From an uncultured Gemmatimonadales bacterium (GTDB lineage Bacteria; Gemmatimonadota; Gemmatimonadetes; Gemmatimonadales; GWC2-71-9): DNA of 64,000 nucleotides. This document shows, piece by piece, positions 21,107 through 30,952 of this stretch (the first letter of the stretch is position 1; every line of letters begins with the position of its first letter). Made by a program: the position numbers and the translations under genes. The stretch spans positions 64,001 to 128,000 of the forward strand of contig CAWCVB010000003.1 in NCBI GenBank assembly GCA_963798915.1, written 5' to 3'. The notes beneath the pieces are model-generated. The model worked only from the letters and a program-made list of their open reading frames with translations. It made no database searches and was not told where the DNA came from.

Positions 21107-22333
21107 TCAGGCTTCGCTGACCAGCTGGCCGGGCCCGCCCGGGCCGGCTGGCGCGCCGGCTGCAGGACCCAGCAGCGCCTTGAGGGCGGGCGGCGCAATC
21201 AGCGTCGTGACCATGACCATCAGGGTGATAGCGCTGAAGAGCCCCGCATCGAGCACGCCTGCCGCCAGCCCGGTTTGTGCAAAGATCAGGCCCACCTCGC
21301 CTCGCGGCACCATGCCGACGCCCACCACCAGCTTGCGGCCCCGGAACCAGAATGGAGCGAAGCCCGCCGCCACCTTGCCGATGATGGCCGCCACGATGAG
21401 CACGAAGCCGACCGCGAGAATCCGCGGTTGCAGGAAGCTGCGCACATCCACCGCGGCGCCGACGGCGACGAAGAAGATCGGCACGAAGAAATGGCCCAGG
21501 CGCACCACGCCCCGTTCGATGGTCCGGGCATGCGCCGTTGGTGCGAAAATGAGCCCGGCCGTAAAGGCGCCGATGATCATGGCCGATCCGACCGCGTCGG
21601 CGAGGGCCGCGAGCAGAAAGCCGATGACCAATCCCATCATGCCCAGCGTCTGTTCGGTCCCCACTCGCGCGAGCAGGCGGAACAGCCCGGGAACCAGCAG
21701 CCGCCCGGCAACCAGCGACAGCGCGACGAATCCGAATGCGGTCAGCGTCGTGACCGAGACGCTGGCGACGCTGAGGCTCTCGCCGGCGACCAGCCGGGCC
21801 ACGACGGCAAGGATGATGAGCCCCACAATGTCATCGATCACAGCGGCGCCCAGCACGACCTGGCTCTCCTGGTCCTTGAGCCGGCCAAGATCACTGAGCA
21901 CCCGCGCGGTGATGCCGACGGAGGTGGCGGTGAGCGCGGCGGCAGCCACCAGCGACGGGAGCTGGCCCATGGCGAGAAACGATTCAGCGCCCAGTCCCAG
22001 CAGGAACGGCAACGCCACTCCGACGAGCGCCACCGTCGCGGCGGTGCCGCCCACGGAGAGCAAGCGCCGAAGGTCGGTCTGCAAACCGATCTCGAAGAGC
22101 AGGATGACAACGCCGATCTCCGCCATGGCGTCGATGATCGGCAGGTGCGGGTCCACCACTCCCAGTACGGAGGGACCCAGCAGCACGCCGGCCACCAGCT
22201 CGCCGAGCACTGCCGGCTGGCCGATGCGTTCGGCCAGTTCGCCCAGTAACTTGGCGGCAGCCAGCAAGGCCGCCAGCATGAGCAGGATGACGGGCACGGA
22301 CACGATGCCGTCGCTGACGGCGGCCACCAGCAT
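21107..22333 (-). CDS. Cation:proton antiporter, CPA2 family
   Basis: GQPAVLGELVAG, LFEIGL, ATSVGIT, AAVIDD, MVPRGEVG motifs. Confidence 0.92.
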   Translation of the reverse strand: MLVAAVSDGIVSVPVILLMLAALLAAAKLLGELAERIGQPAVLGELVAGVLLGPSVLGVVDPHLPIIDAMAEIGVVILLFEIGLQTDLRRLLSVGGTAATVALVGVALPFLLGLGAESFLAMGQLPSLVAAAALTATSVGITARVLSDLGRLKDQESQVVLGAAVIDDIVGLIILAVVARLVAGESLSVASVSVTTLTAFGFVALSLVAGRLLVPGLFRLLARVGTEQTLGMMGLVIGFLLAALADAVGSAMIIGAFTAGLIFAPTAHARTIERGVVRLGHFFVPIFFVAVGAAVDVRSFLQPRILAVGFVLIVAAIIGKVAAGFAPFWFRGRKLVVGVGMVPRGEVGLIFAQTGLAAGVLDAGLFSAITLMVMVTTLIAPPALKALLGPAAGAPAGPGGPGQLVSEA

Positions 22334-22335
22334 GG

Positions 22336-23400
22336 TCAGTTCGAGGTGTCGGACGACAGGATGGAGAGCAGCTCGACGACCGGCGTGGAGAGAAACCGGG
22401 TGCGCGCCGCTCGAACCCGGGCGCGGATCGTGAGTCCGGCAAGCGCGGGAAGCGTCGCGACCTTGGACGAGTCTTCACGCGAGAGCATCACGTAGACGAA
22501 TCCCGGCTCGGGCAGTGGGCCGCGCGCGAGCATGTACGGCTGTCCCGGTGGCATCTCCGGACGCAGCTCGTCGGCGCTGGCCATCGAGATGAACTGGATG
22601 CGCCACTCGACTTCCTTGCCCACGTAGCGCTCGGGGTTGGCGCGCACCTCCGCCGCCGTCACGCCCTGCGCGGCGCTGTCGGATGGTATCAGATCATCGC
22701 TCCGCACCCACGCCTCGAGTTGCACCCGCGACCAGATTCCCGCGGTACTGAGCACCCGGACGGGGGCCCCGGCCCCCAGGGTCCCGATCTGCCCGGCGTC
22801 AGGAGATTTCAGCATCGGAGTGCCACGCGCCGCCGCCATCCGCGCCTCGGTACGGGAGGCCGAGTCCTGCGGCGGACTCGAGGAGGTGGACACCGGACCT
22901 CCGGCAGGTGCCTGGTAAGCCTGGGTCCGCTCTGAATCCGGCTTGGCGGCCACTCGCTTCACGGGCGCTGCTACGGCGGCAGCCGGCACCCACACGACGC
23001 GCGCGACCTGGCTCCAGCCGCCGCGCGACGCGAGCCGGTTGAGCAGCATCCCTTCTTCGAGCTGGGCCACTTCCTTTCCTGACGGCGATGCGCGGAGGCG
23101 TACGTTGTCCGCCGTCACCACCACATCGAAGCCATCGCGCCGGTCGGCCTTCAGCAATGACGTCGAGACCCAGCCGCGCAGCCGAACCTGGCGCCAGCGG
23201 CCGCGATGCCCGGTGACCGGCAGATCGGACGCACTTGAGAGCCGCGCGAGCACGGTCCCGTCCGGTGCCTTCCGCAGGTCGGATACCGCAATCCGGCTGG
23301 TCTCCTGTGCCTGGGCGGGCATGGCGCACGCGAGCATGACGAGCAGCAGGCAGGCTGGTAGGCGGCAGAGCGCGAAACTAGATTGCGGCGCGTTCATCAT
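22336..23400 (-). CDS. Exported protein with bacterial SH3-like repeats
   Basis: Signal peptide; repeated LRxxPxG...W.QV...GWV modules. Confidence 0.7.
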   Translation of the reverse strand: MMNAPQSSFALCRLPACLLLVMLACAMPAQAQETSRIAVSDLRKAPDGTVLARLSSASDLPVTGHRGRWRQVRLRGWVSTSLLKADRRDGFDVVVTADNVRLRASPSGKEVAQLEEGMLLNRLASRGGWSQVARVVWVPAAAVAAPVKRVAAKPDSERTQAYQAPAGGPVSTSSSPPQDSASRTEARMAAARGTPMLKSPDAGQIGTLGAGAPVRVLSTAGIWSRVQLEAWVRSDDLIPSDSAAQGVTAAEVRANPERYVGKEVEWRIQFISMASADELRPEMPPGQPYMLARGPLPEPGFVYVMLSREDSSKVATLPALAGLTIRARVRAARTRFLSTPVVELLSILSSDTSN

Positions 23401-23429
23401 TGATCGTCATTGTAATCCCCCGGAGAATC

Positions 23430-24977
23430 ATGTCCAAATCACGTGCTCCAGTGGCACTCATCGTGCTTGACGGGTGGGGATATCGCCCCGAACGCGCTGG
23501 GAATGCCATTGAACTGGCGCACACGCCCGTCTGGCATCACCTCTGGGAAAGCTGTCCTCGCACCCTGCTCGATGCGAGCGGCCTGGCGGTCGGACTCCCG
23601 GCCGGACAAATGGGCAACAGCGAAGTCGGACACCTCAATCTTGGCGCCGGGCGGGTGGTGCCGCAGGATATCGTCCGGATCTCGGCGAGCATCGCCGACG
23701 GGAGCTTCTTTCGCCTGGAGCCGTTCCTGGCGCTCGGCGAACACCTGCGGCGCACCGGCGGTACGCTGCACCTGGTCGGCCTGCTGGGGCCCGGCGGCGT
23801 GCATGCCATCGATCGCCACCTGCTCGCGTGCATCGAGCTGGGTGTGCGGCTGGATGTGGCGCGCATTGCCGTGCAGGGATTTCTCGACGGACGGGACACG
23901 CTGCCGGCCATCGGCGCCTCCGTGGTTCGCCAGCTCCTCGAGGACATGGAAGGAATTGCGGGGCCTCGCGCCGTGCTCGCTTCGCTGTGTGGCCGCTATT
24001 ACGCCATGGACCGGGACCGGCGATGGGAACGCACCAGGCTCGCCTATGAGGCGCTGGTGCATGGACAGGGCCAGCTGACCGATGATCCGGTTGGGGCCAT
24101 CGAAGCCAGTCATGCGGCCGGCGTCACTGACGAGTTCGTGCGGCCCATCGTGATGAGCGGCGACGACGGCGGCGCCGTCTGTCCCATGCGGGACGGCGAT
24201 GCGATGCTCTGCTTCAATTTTCGGAGCGACCGGATGCGCCAGATCGTCTCGGCGCTCATGCTCGAGGACTTTTCGGGCTTTCCGGTGCCTGACCGGCCGA
24301 AGCTGTCCGCCGTCACCATGACGCAATATGACCGGACCTTCCCGATTCCTCAGGCGTTTCCTCCCTTCAGTCTGGCACGGATCATGGCCGAAGTGCTGGC
24401 CGATCAGGGCCGGACCCAGCTTCGCACGGCGGAAACCGAGAAATATCCGCACGTCACCTATTTCTTCAATGGTGGATTCGAGCCACCTTATCCGGGCGAG
24501 GAACGGAACCTGGTGCCCTCACCCAAGGTGGCGACGTATGATCTCCAGCCCGAGATGAGTGCGGCAGGTGTCACCGACTCGCTGTGCCAGGCACTGGAGC
24601 AGCGCAGTCATGACTTCATTCTCTGCAACTTTGCCAACGCCGACATGGTCGGACATACCGGCGTGCTGCCTGCCGTCATCACTGCGGTCGAAACGGTCGA
24701 CCGCTGTCTCGCACGCGTTCTGGAGAGCGCCGAGGACGCCGGCGCCACGCTCTTTATCACCGCCGACCATGGCAATGCAGAGTACATGATTGATGAGGCC
24801 ACCGGCGGGCCGCATACCGCTCATACGACCAACCCGGTACCCTTCGTCTCGGCACGCGGCTGTGCAGGCCGGTTGCGGACCGGTGGCGCGCTGGGTGACG
24901 TGGCTCCCACGATCCTCCATTGCATGGGGATCGATCCGTCGCCGGAAATGACCGGCCGCGACCTTCGCGAGGGCTGA
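23430..24977 (+). CDS. gpmI: 2,3-BPG-independent phosphoglycerate mutase
   Basis: LDGWG, MGNSEVGH, GRYYAMDRD, AETEKYPHVT, DMVGH, TADHGN, HTAHT. Confidence 0.97.
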   Translation: MSKSRAPVALIVLDGWGYRPERAGNAIELAHTPVWHHLWESCPRTLLDASGLAVGLPAGQMGNSEVGHLNLGAGRVVPQDIVRISASIADGSFFRLEPFLALGEHLRRTGGTLHLVGLLGPGGVHAIDRHLLACIELGVRLDVARIAVQGFLDGRDTLPAIGASVVRQLLEDMEGIAGPRAVLASLCGRYYAMDRDRRWERTRLAYEALVHGQGQLTDDPVGAIEASHAAGVTDEFVRPIVMSGDDGGAVCPMRDGDAMLCFNFRSDRMRQIVSALMLEDFSGFPVPDRPKLSAVTMTQYDRTFPIPQAFPPFSLARIMAEVLADQGRTQLRTAETEKYPHVTYFFNGGFEPPYPGEERNLVPSPKVATYDLQPEMSAAGVTDSLCQALEQRSHDFILCNFANADMVGHTGVLPAVITAVETVDRCLARVLESAEDAGATLFITADHGNAEYMIDEATGGPHTAHTTNPVPFVSARGCAGRLRTGGALGDVAPTILHCMGIDPSPEMTGRDLREG

Positions 24978-25687
24978 TGCGCGCTTATTTGGCTGGACTG
25001 CTGCTTCTGACTGTTGTCGCCCCGGCGGCCATGGCGCAGGTGGGCCACCCGCCCGACCAGAGCCCATATCACGAGATCCCCGCCGGGCATGTGCTGACGC
25101 CGCTGATCGGGTTTGTTCGCGGCGACGGTGGACCGCTCGGCGTGGGTCCACACAACGGCACGATCTTCGGGGGCCGTTACGATGTCCGGGCCAATCGCAC
25201 CGTAGGAATGGGCGTGTCGGTGGCGAGTGGCAACCTCGAGCGACTGATCGTCAATCCCTTCGTGAAGGTCGCCAATCGCACCACCGGGCCTGTCTCGCAG
25301 CGGGTGACCTTTGCGGATGTGACCCTGCAGCTCAACCTGACGGGCGCCAAAAGCTGGAATGGCCTGGCACCGTACGCCGGGCTCAGCGCGGGACTTGCCT
25401 TCGGGAAGACGACACCGGCAGATACCAGCGGGTACAAGTTCGGCAACAAGTTCTATGTCGCGCCGCAGGTCGGGACCCGCTTCTTCCTGACCAGCCGGTT
25501 GCTCCTTCGCGCCGAGGTCCGGGGAACGTTCTGGAAGCTCAATTACCCCAGTAGTTTTGCGACCGAACCGGTGGAGGAGCCCGGCACCAGCGAAAACCCC
25601 AACGCGGTGCGGCCCAGTGGTGACCTTGGCGACTGGGTGCTCACGCCGGTGTTGCGTGTCGGCGTGGGTTACCTGATCCACTGGTAA
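24977..25687 (+). CDS. Outer-membrane beta-barrel protein (OmpA/OmpW-like size)
   Basis: Signal peptide from ATG 24977; amphipathic strands (PYAGLSAG); aromatic C-terminus. Confidence 0.65.
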   Translation: MRAYLAGLLLLTVVAPAAMAQVGHPPDQSPYHEIPAGHVLTPLIGFVRGDGGPLGVGPHNGTIFGGRYDVRANRTVGMGVSVASGNLERLIVNPFVKVANRTTGPVSQRVTFADVTLQLNLTGAKSWNGLAPYAGLSAGLAFGKTTPADTSGYKFGNKFYVAPQVGTRFFLTSRLLLRAEVRGTFWKLNYPSSFATEPVEEPGTSENPNAVRPSGDLGDWVLTPVLRVGVGYLIHW

Positions 25688-25690
25688 CCG

Positions 25691-26449
25691 GTGAGTCCGG
25701 GAGGCGCACCGTTCCGCCCCGAGAAGCGAGGGGGGCGATTGGCGGAGGATGCCGCCGTGGACGAAGTCCCGGTCTGGCTTGAGGTCAACGGCATCCCCAC
25801 CGTCACCTGGATGTGCACGCCCGACCTGCTCGAAGAACTGGCCGTCGGCTGGCTGCATGGCGAGGGGTACATCCACGTGGCGGCGGACGTGCAACTGCGG
25901 CCCTGTGCCAGCGACCTCGGTTTCTGGGCCAGGGTCTCCCCCGCCTCCGTCGAGGCGGTGAGGGGCGAACAGCGGCGGCCGGTACTGGCGTCCGGCTGTG
26001 GCGCCGTGTCCACCTTCCTGGCTGATCCGTCCACCGTGCAGCCGGAGCCGCCGCGTGGCGCGCCTCCTGACGGCGCCACACTCCGCCAGCGGTTCAAGGA
26101 GCTGTTCCAGCGTGGTGAACGGTACCGGGATACCGGAGGGATTCACGCCGCCGCGCTCACTGACGGTGCCTCGCTCCTCGCGCACGCCGAGGACATCGGG
26201 CGGCACAACGCGGTGGACAAGTCGATCGGACTCGCCCTCCTCGCCGGCCAGCCTGTTGCAGGAATGGGATTGCTCGTTACCGGTCGCATCTCCGCTGAAC
26301 TTGCCTTCAAGGCCGCACGGGCGCGTCTGGCCTGGGTCGCCACGCCGTCAGTGCCGTCGACGCTGGCCGTCGAAATCGCCAGGAGATCCGGCATGACGCT
26401 GGTCGGCCGTGCCGTGAGCGCGTCGCCGGCATTGCATCCGCGTCCCTGA
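25691..26449 (+). CDS. fdhD: Formate dehydrogenase accessory sulfurtransferase
   Basis: TGGIHAAAL, EDIGRHNAVDK, TGRISAE motifs. Confidence 0.92.
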   Translation: MSPGGAPFRPEKRGGRLAEDAAVDEVPVWLEVNGIPTVTWMCTPDLLEELAVGWLHGEGYIHVAADVQLRPCASDLGFWARVSPASVEAVRGEQRRPVLASGCGAVSTFLADPSTVQPEPPRGAPPDGATLRQRFKELFQRGERYRDTGGIHAAALTDGASLLAHAEDIGRHNAVDKSIGLALLAGQPVAGMGLLVTGRISAELAFKAARARLAWVATPSVPSTLAVEIARRSGMTLVGRAVSASPALHPRP

Positions 26450-26865
26450 TGCCCGCCCCGCTCGACCTGCGCGCGATATTCCGGGAGGCCCGGCGAATAG
26501 CCGTGGTAGGGCTGGGAGACAATCCTGGCCGGCCGGCCTACAGCGTGGCACGCTACCTTCAGCAGCAGGGCTACCGGATCGCGCCGATTCACCCGCGGGA
26601 CGACATGACGCTGGGCGAGCGAGTGTATCGTTCGCTGGAGCAGGCGGCCGAGGACGGCCCGGTGGATATCGTCGACGTCTTCCGGCGTCCTGACGCCATT
26701 CCGGCGCTGGTGGCGCCCTGTGTTGCCGTTCGTCCCCATATCGTCTGGCTACAGGTGGGGGTACGAAATGACGACGCCGCGCGCGCAATCGAAGCAGCCG
26801 GGATTCCGGTGATCCAGGATCGCTGCCTGGCCGTGGAACATCATCAGCTGGCGGGAGTCCCATGA
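26449..26865 (+). CDS. CoA-binding protein (YccU family)
   Basis: IAVVGL, VDIVDVFR, VWLQVG, DRC motifs. Confidence 0.9.
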   Translation: MPAPLDLRAIFREARRIAVVGLGDNPGRPAYSVARYLQQQGYRIAPIHPRDDMTLGERVYRSLEQAAEDGPVDIVDVFRRPDAIPALVAPCVAVRPHIVWLQVGVRNDDAARAIEAAGIPVIQDRCLAVEHHQLAGVP

Positions 26866-27671
26866 AATTACCGGCATTGATACTCCTGGCAGCCGCGCTG
26901 CTGCTGCCGAAAGGCGCCAGCGCACAGGCGCACGACCAGGCGCGACTCGTGATCAACGTCTCCGCCGGGTTCATGGGTGGCGCGTCACTGTGGCAAGTCA
27001 ATCGCCAGCCGCTGTACGATGAGTCCGGCGGCGAGCCGCTGATCGACTCGCTCACGATTCGCCGCCGGATCCGCAGCAGCGTCGTGGTCGGCGCTCGCGG
27101 CATCTACTTCCGGGGTGACCACCTCGGCTTTTTCGGCGAAGCATTTCTCCTCGGGCTTGGCTTCCGGGACAGCTGCGGCCGCACGTACGCCACCGCATCG
27201 TCCAGGAATGCCGAGGTGTGCAGCTCAATCAATGGAAGTGAAACGGCATCATCCGCGGTCCAGGTCGCGGGCGGGACGATCTATCGGATCGCCAGCCAGC
27301 GCGCCATCTCCCCGTACGTACGCGCCAGCGTGGGCCTCGCCATCGCCAGCCGGAGCGCCATCCTCACCAATGGCGTCTTCACCAGCGCGGCGGACAATGA
27401 CGAGCTGGTCGAGGTCAATGTCTTCAGCGACGCAGGCCGTTCGCAGCTCTATTTCGCTGGCGGTCTCGGCGCCGGGTTCACCGCACAGATTGCGCCCAGT
27501 TACCAATTGCGCTGGGAAGTGCGCGACAACATGGTACGGATGCCAAGCATCACTGGCCCAACCGTGCAGGATGGCAATCCCCCGGTCGTCGAAAGCCGGG
27601 TGCGGCACCTCTTTTCGATGAACATCGGGTTCGACGTGGTGCTGGAGCGGCGGCATGGGAGACGATATTAG
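26862..27671 (+). CDS. Outer-membrane beta-barrel protein
   Basis: Signal peptide; PYVRASVG and LRWEVRD beta strands. Confidence 0.6.
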   Translation: MKLPALILLAAALLLPKGASAQAHDQARLVINVSAGFMGGASLWQVNRQPLYDESGGEPLIDSLTIRRRIRSSVVVGARGIYFRGDHLGFFGEAFLLGLGFRDSCGRTYATASSRNAEVCSSINGSETASSAVQVAGGTIYRIASQRAISPYVRASVGLAIASRSAILTNGVFTSAADNDELVEVNVFSDAGRSQLYFAGGLGAGFTAQIAPSYQLRWEVRDNMVRMPSITGPTVQDGNPPVVESRVRHLFSMNIGFDVVLERRHGRRY

Positions 27672-28362
27672 GCGGTCTGACGGTCAGGCGGACGGGCCGC
27701 CGAGGCTGCCAGCCGCCGAGTCAGGTCCCGCATCTCACGTTCCCCATGCCATCACCGGTGCCATTCTCGCCGGCGGGGCCTCGTCGCGCTTCGGCGGCCG
27801 GCCCAAGGGACTTGAAATGGTGGGCGGCGAACGCGTGATTGACCGGTTGGCGCGTTGCCTCAGGGAAGCCCTCGGCTGCTCGCCGGTACTCATCGCCAAC
27901 GCGTCGGATGCCGACAGCTGGGAAACCGGGTTGCGCATCGTGCCTGACATCCTGCCCGGCTATGGGGCACTGGGAGGCATCTACAGCGCCGTGGCGGCGG
28001 CGCCCGCGCCCGTCGTGGCCGTGGCCTGGGACATGCCCTTTGTCAATGCGTCGCTGGTACGGCTGCTGGCGGATGCCCTGGGCGAGCCGTACGACGCCGT
28101 GCTGCCCGCCAGCGCTGGCAGGCGCGGCGTGGAGCCGCTCTGCGCCGCCTACGGTCCAGCCTGCGAGCCCGCCATTCGCTCGGCGCTCGAACGGGGCGAC
28201 CGCCGCGCGATCGCGTTTCACGATGCAGTCTCCGTCTGCGTGCTTCCCACCGACCGCGTGGCCCAGGCCGGCGATCCCGAGCTGCTCTTCTTCAACATCA
28301 ACACGGCCGACGACCTGGCCCAGGCGGAGTCGCGGTGGCAGCGCGCCTTGTCTCCGTCGTAG
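27655..28362 (+). CDS. mobA: Molybdenum cofactor guanylyltransferase
   Basis: ILAGGASSRFG, DMPF, EPLCAAY, FFNINT; start uncertain. Confidence 0.9.
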   Translation: MGDDIRRSDGQADGPPRLPAAESGPASHVPHAITGAILAGGASSRFGGRPKGLEMVGGERVIDRLARCLREALGCSPVLIANASDADSWETGLRIVPDILPGYGALGGIYSAVAAAPAPVVAVAWDMPFVNASLVRLLADALGEPYDAVLPASAGRRGVEPLCAAYGPACEPAIRSALERGDRRAIAFHDAVSVCVLPTDRVAQAGDPELLFFNINTADDLAQAESRWQRALSPS

Positions 28363-28859
28363 GCCGGAAGAACGCCGGCAAGACGACGCTGACCGTGGCG
28401 CTGTGCCGCGCCTTCCTGCGCGCGGGCCATCGTCCCATGACCATCAAGCATGGGCATCATCCGGCACTGGTGGATGGGGAAGGCACCGACACGTGGCGGC
28501 ACTTCAACGAGGGCGGTGCGGCGCGCACGCTCATTGCTTCGCCCACGCTCCGGGTGCTGTTCGAGCGAGCCGCGGATGACTATGACCCCGTCGGCCTCGC
28601 CCGGCGCTACATGGCGGATGCGGATATCGTGATCGTCGAGGGCTTTTCCCGGAGCACCCTCCCGCGGCTTGAGATCTGGCGCAGTATCCTGGAGGAACCA
28701 CCCCTGTATACCGGCCATGCCGTGCCATCACTCTGGCTGGGAGTGGTGAGCGACGCCGTGCTGGAGGCCCCCTGCCCCGTGCTGGCGCTGGACGCGCCTG
28801 ATCATGCGGACCGCGCGGCCGAACTCGCCTGGGCCGGCGCCATGCTGCTCGACCCGTGA
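28335..28859 (+). CDS. mobB: Molybdopterin-guanine dinucleotide biosynthesis protein B
   Basis: GRKNAGKTT, IKHGHH, GTDTWR, VIVEGF. Confidence 0.9.
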   Translation: MAARLVSVVGRKNAGKTTLTVALCRAFLRAGHRPMTIKHGHHPALVDGEGTDTWRHFNEGGAARTLIASPTLRVLFERAADDYDPVGLARRYMADADIVIVEGFSRSTLPRLEIWRSILEEPPLYTGHAVPSLWLGVVSDAVLEAPCPVLALDAPDHADRAAELAWAGAMLLDP

Positions 28860-30112
28860 CAGAATCCATGCTCTCGGCCCGGGAAGCCGCGGTATTGATC
28901 CTCCGGCATATTGAACCGCAGCCGGAGCTGCGGGTGCCGCTCGATGACGCGCTCGACTCGGTACTGGCGCAGGACCTGGTGAGCCCGATCGCGGTGCCGT
29001 TCTGGACCAATTCCGCCATGGACGGCTACGCCACCCGCGCGGCCGACGTGCGAGGCGCCAGCCGCGACGCACCGGTCCGCCTTCGCGTCATCGAAAGCAT
29101 CGCGGCCGGCGGGTTTCCCTCGCGCGCCATCGGGCCCGGTGAGTGCGCCAGGATCTTCACCGGAGCGCCGCTGCCCGACGGGGCCGATGGAGTGGTCCGG
29201 CAGGAAGACACCGACATGGGCACCGAGCTGGTGACGATCACCAGCGACCGTGACGCGGGTGTCAACTTCCGCCTGGCGGGCGAAGACATCCAGGCGGGCG
29301 ACATGATACTGCGCCGCGGTCATGCCCTGGGTCCGGCGGAGCTTGGCGTGCTCGCGTCACTGGCGGTGGCACATCCCATGGTCTTCCGCCGCCCACGCGT
29401 CGGCATCCTGGGCAGTGGTGACGAAGTGGCCGACGTAGATCAGCCCGAAGGAATCCTCAGCGGTCGCAAGGTGGCGAGCAGCAATACCCATACGCTCGTC
29501 GCGCTGGTTCGGCGAGCTGGTGGGGAACCGGTAAACCTCGGCATTGCGGGTGACACGCCTGAAAGCCTCCGCGCGCATCTGGCTCCCGCGCTCGACTGCG
29601 ATTTCCTGATTACCAGCGCCGGCATCAGCGTCGGCGAGCACGACCACCTACGTGGCGTGCTCGACGCCCTGGGCACTGACCTCAAGTTCTGGCGCCTGCG
29701 AATGCGCCCCGGCGCCCCGGTTGGCTTCGGCATGCTGGATGACATTCCGTGGCTGGGCCTCCCCGGCAATCCTGTCAGCACAATGGTCGGCTTCGAGCTG
29801 TTTGCCCGGCCCGCCATCCGCCGCATGTGCGGACATGCGCTTCCCTTTCGACGCTCGGTCGAGGTCACCGTCACGGAACCGATCACACTCCGGCCCCGTC
29901 TGCAGCATTTCCTGCGGGCGGTCGTCAGCGAAGGCGACGGAGCGCTCGAGGCCCGGCTCACCGGTCCGCAGGGATCGGGCATTCTCACGTCGATGATCAA
30001 GGCCAACGCCCTGCTGATCATCCCGGAGGGTCAGCACGAGACGCCGCGCGGGACGTTGGCGCTCGCCCTCAGGTTCGATGACCCCGTCTGCCAGGCCACT
30101 CCCGGGTTCTGA
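28856..30112 (+). CDS. moeA: Molybdopterin molybdotransferase
   Basis: NSAMDGYA, IFTGAP, GDE, MRPG, GLPGNPVS, QGSG. Confidence 0.95.
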   Translation: MTESMLSAREAAVLILRHIEPQPELRVPLDDALDSVLAQDLVSPIAVPFWTNSAMDGYATRAADVRGASRDAPVRLRVIESIAAGGFPSRAIGPGECARIFTGAPLPDGADGVVRQEDTDMGTELVTITSDRDAGVNFRLAGEDIQAGDMILRRGHALGPAELGVLASLAVAHPMVFRRPRVGILGSGDEVADVDQPEGILSGRKVASSNTHTLVALVRRAGGEPVNLGIAGDTPESLRAHLAPALDCDFLITSAGISVGEHDHLRGVLDALGTDLKFWRLRMRPGAPVGFGMLDDIPWLGLPGNPVSTMVGFELFARPAIRRMCGHALPFRRSVEVTVTEPITLRPRLQHFLRAVVSEGDGALEARLTGPQGSGILTSMIKANALLIIPEGQHETPRGTLALALRFDDPVCQATPGF

Positions 30113-30735
30113 TGGAGCCCCGCCAGCGCTTTCTGGATGCGTGGATGATGGTGGGCGCCACCGGAGATGGTGCGGCCGCCTTTGACGACCTCCTCGGCCG
30201 CTACGCCGAGCCACACCGTCACTATCATACGCTCCAACACGTGCTGGCCACGCTGGACGCGCTCCGCGATGCCGGCGCCGCTCCGGATCACCCAGCCGAG
30301 GCCGACCTTGCCCTCTGGTATCACGACGCCATCCATGACGTCGGACGCCAGGACAATGAGGAGGCCAGCGCCCTCCTCGCCCGCCGGGCACTGGCCGGGG
30401 CGCCAGCCGAGCGCCTCCAGCGAATTGCGGCGCTGATTGGCGACACCCGGCACGATGCGCCGGCCAGCTCCCGGGACGGCGCGCTTGTGGCTGATGCAGA
30501 CCTGGCAATCCTCGGTGCCGAGCCCAGCGTTTTTGACACCTATGAGCGTAACATCCGCCTCGAGTATGCTGACATCCCCGAAGCCGGCTACCGGGCCGGA
30601 CGGGCGGCTGTGCTGGAGCGGCTGCTGGCTCGTCCGAGTCTCTACCAGACGGACACCTTTCGCCATCGCTTCGAGGCGCCCGCGCGGGCGGCCCTGCAGC
30701 GCACCATCGCCCACCTCCGGCGACCCGCCATTTGA
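30112..30735 (+). CDS. HD-superfamily phosphohydrolase
   Basis: YAEPHRHYH, WYHDAI, NEEASA, DADLAIL, IRLEY motifs. Confidence 0.85.
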   Translation: MEPRQRFLDAWMMVGATGDGAAAFDDLLGRYAEPHRHYHTLQHVLATLDALRDAGAAPDHPAEADLALWYHDAIHDVGRQDNEEASALLARRALAGAPAERLQRIAALIGDTRHDAPASSRDGALVADADLAILGAEPSVFDTYERNIRLEYADIPEAGYRAGRAAVLERLLARPSLYQTDTFRHRFEAPARAALQRTIAHLRRPAI

Positions 30736-30761
30736 CCACGTACGCGCCCATCCGCTACGTT
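30732..30761 (+). promoter_or_regulatory. Candidate sigma70 promoter for the riboswitch leader
   Basis: TTGACC, 18-nt spacer, TACGTT ending 7 nt before the aptamer. Confidence 0.55.
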
Positions 30762-30768
30762 TGAACCT

Positions 30769-30881
30769 CGAAGGGGAGTAGCTCGTCCGCCCTCAGGCGG
30801 AAGGCCGGATCGTCAGGACTGCCCTTGTGGGCACGGTCCGGCCAGGAGGCGGGAAGTCCCGCGCTCAGAGCGAGACCTTCG
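30769..30881 (+). ncRNA. yybP-ykoY manganese riboswitch aptamer
   Basis: AAGGGGAGTAGC...CGTCA...GCGAGACCTT signature; P1 CGAAGG/CCTTCG, P2 TCCGCC/GGCGGA, P3 GGCCGGA/TCCGGCC, P4 GCGGGA/TCCCGC; terC lies downstream. Confidence 0.92.
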
Positions 30882-30922
30882 TCCCCCGCGACCAGCACCG
30901 GGGGACGAAGGTCTCGCTTTTT
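30869..30922 (+). terminator. Intrinsic terminator forming the riboswitch expression platform
   Basis: AGCGAGACCTTCGTCCCCC pairs with GGGGGACGAAGGTCTCGCT, followed by a T run; its 5' arm is the 3' strand of P1. Confidence 0.9.
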
Positions 30923-30952
30923 GGTGCTGGCGCTTCAACTGGAGTGACACCG

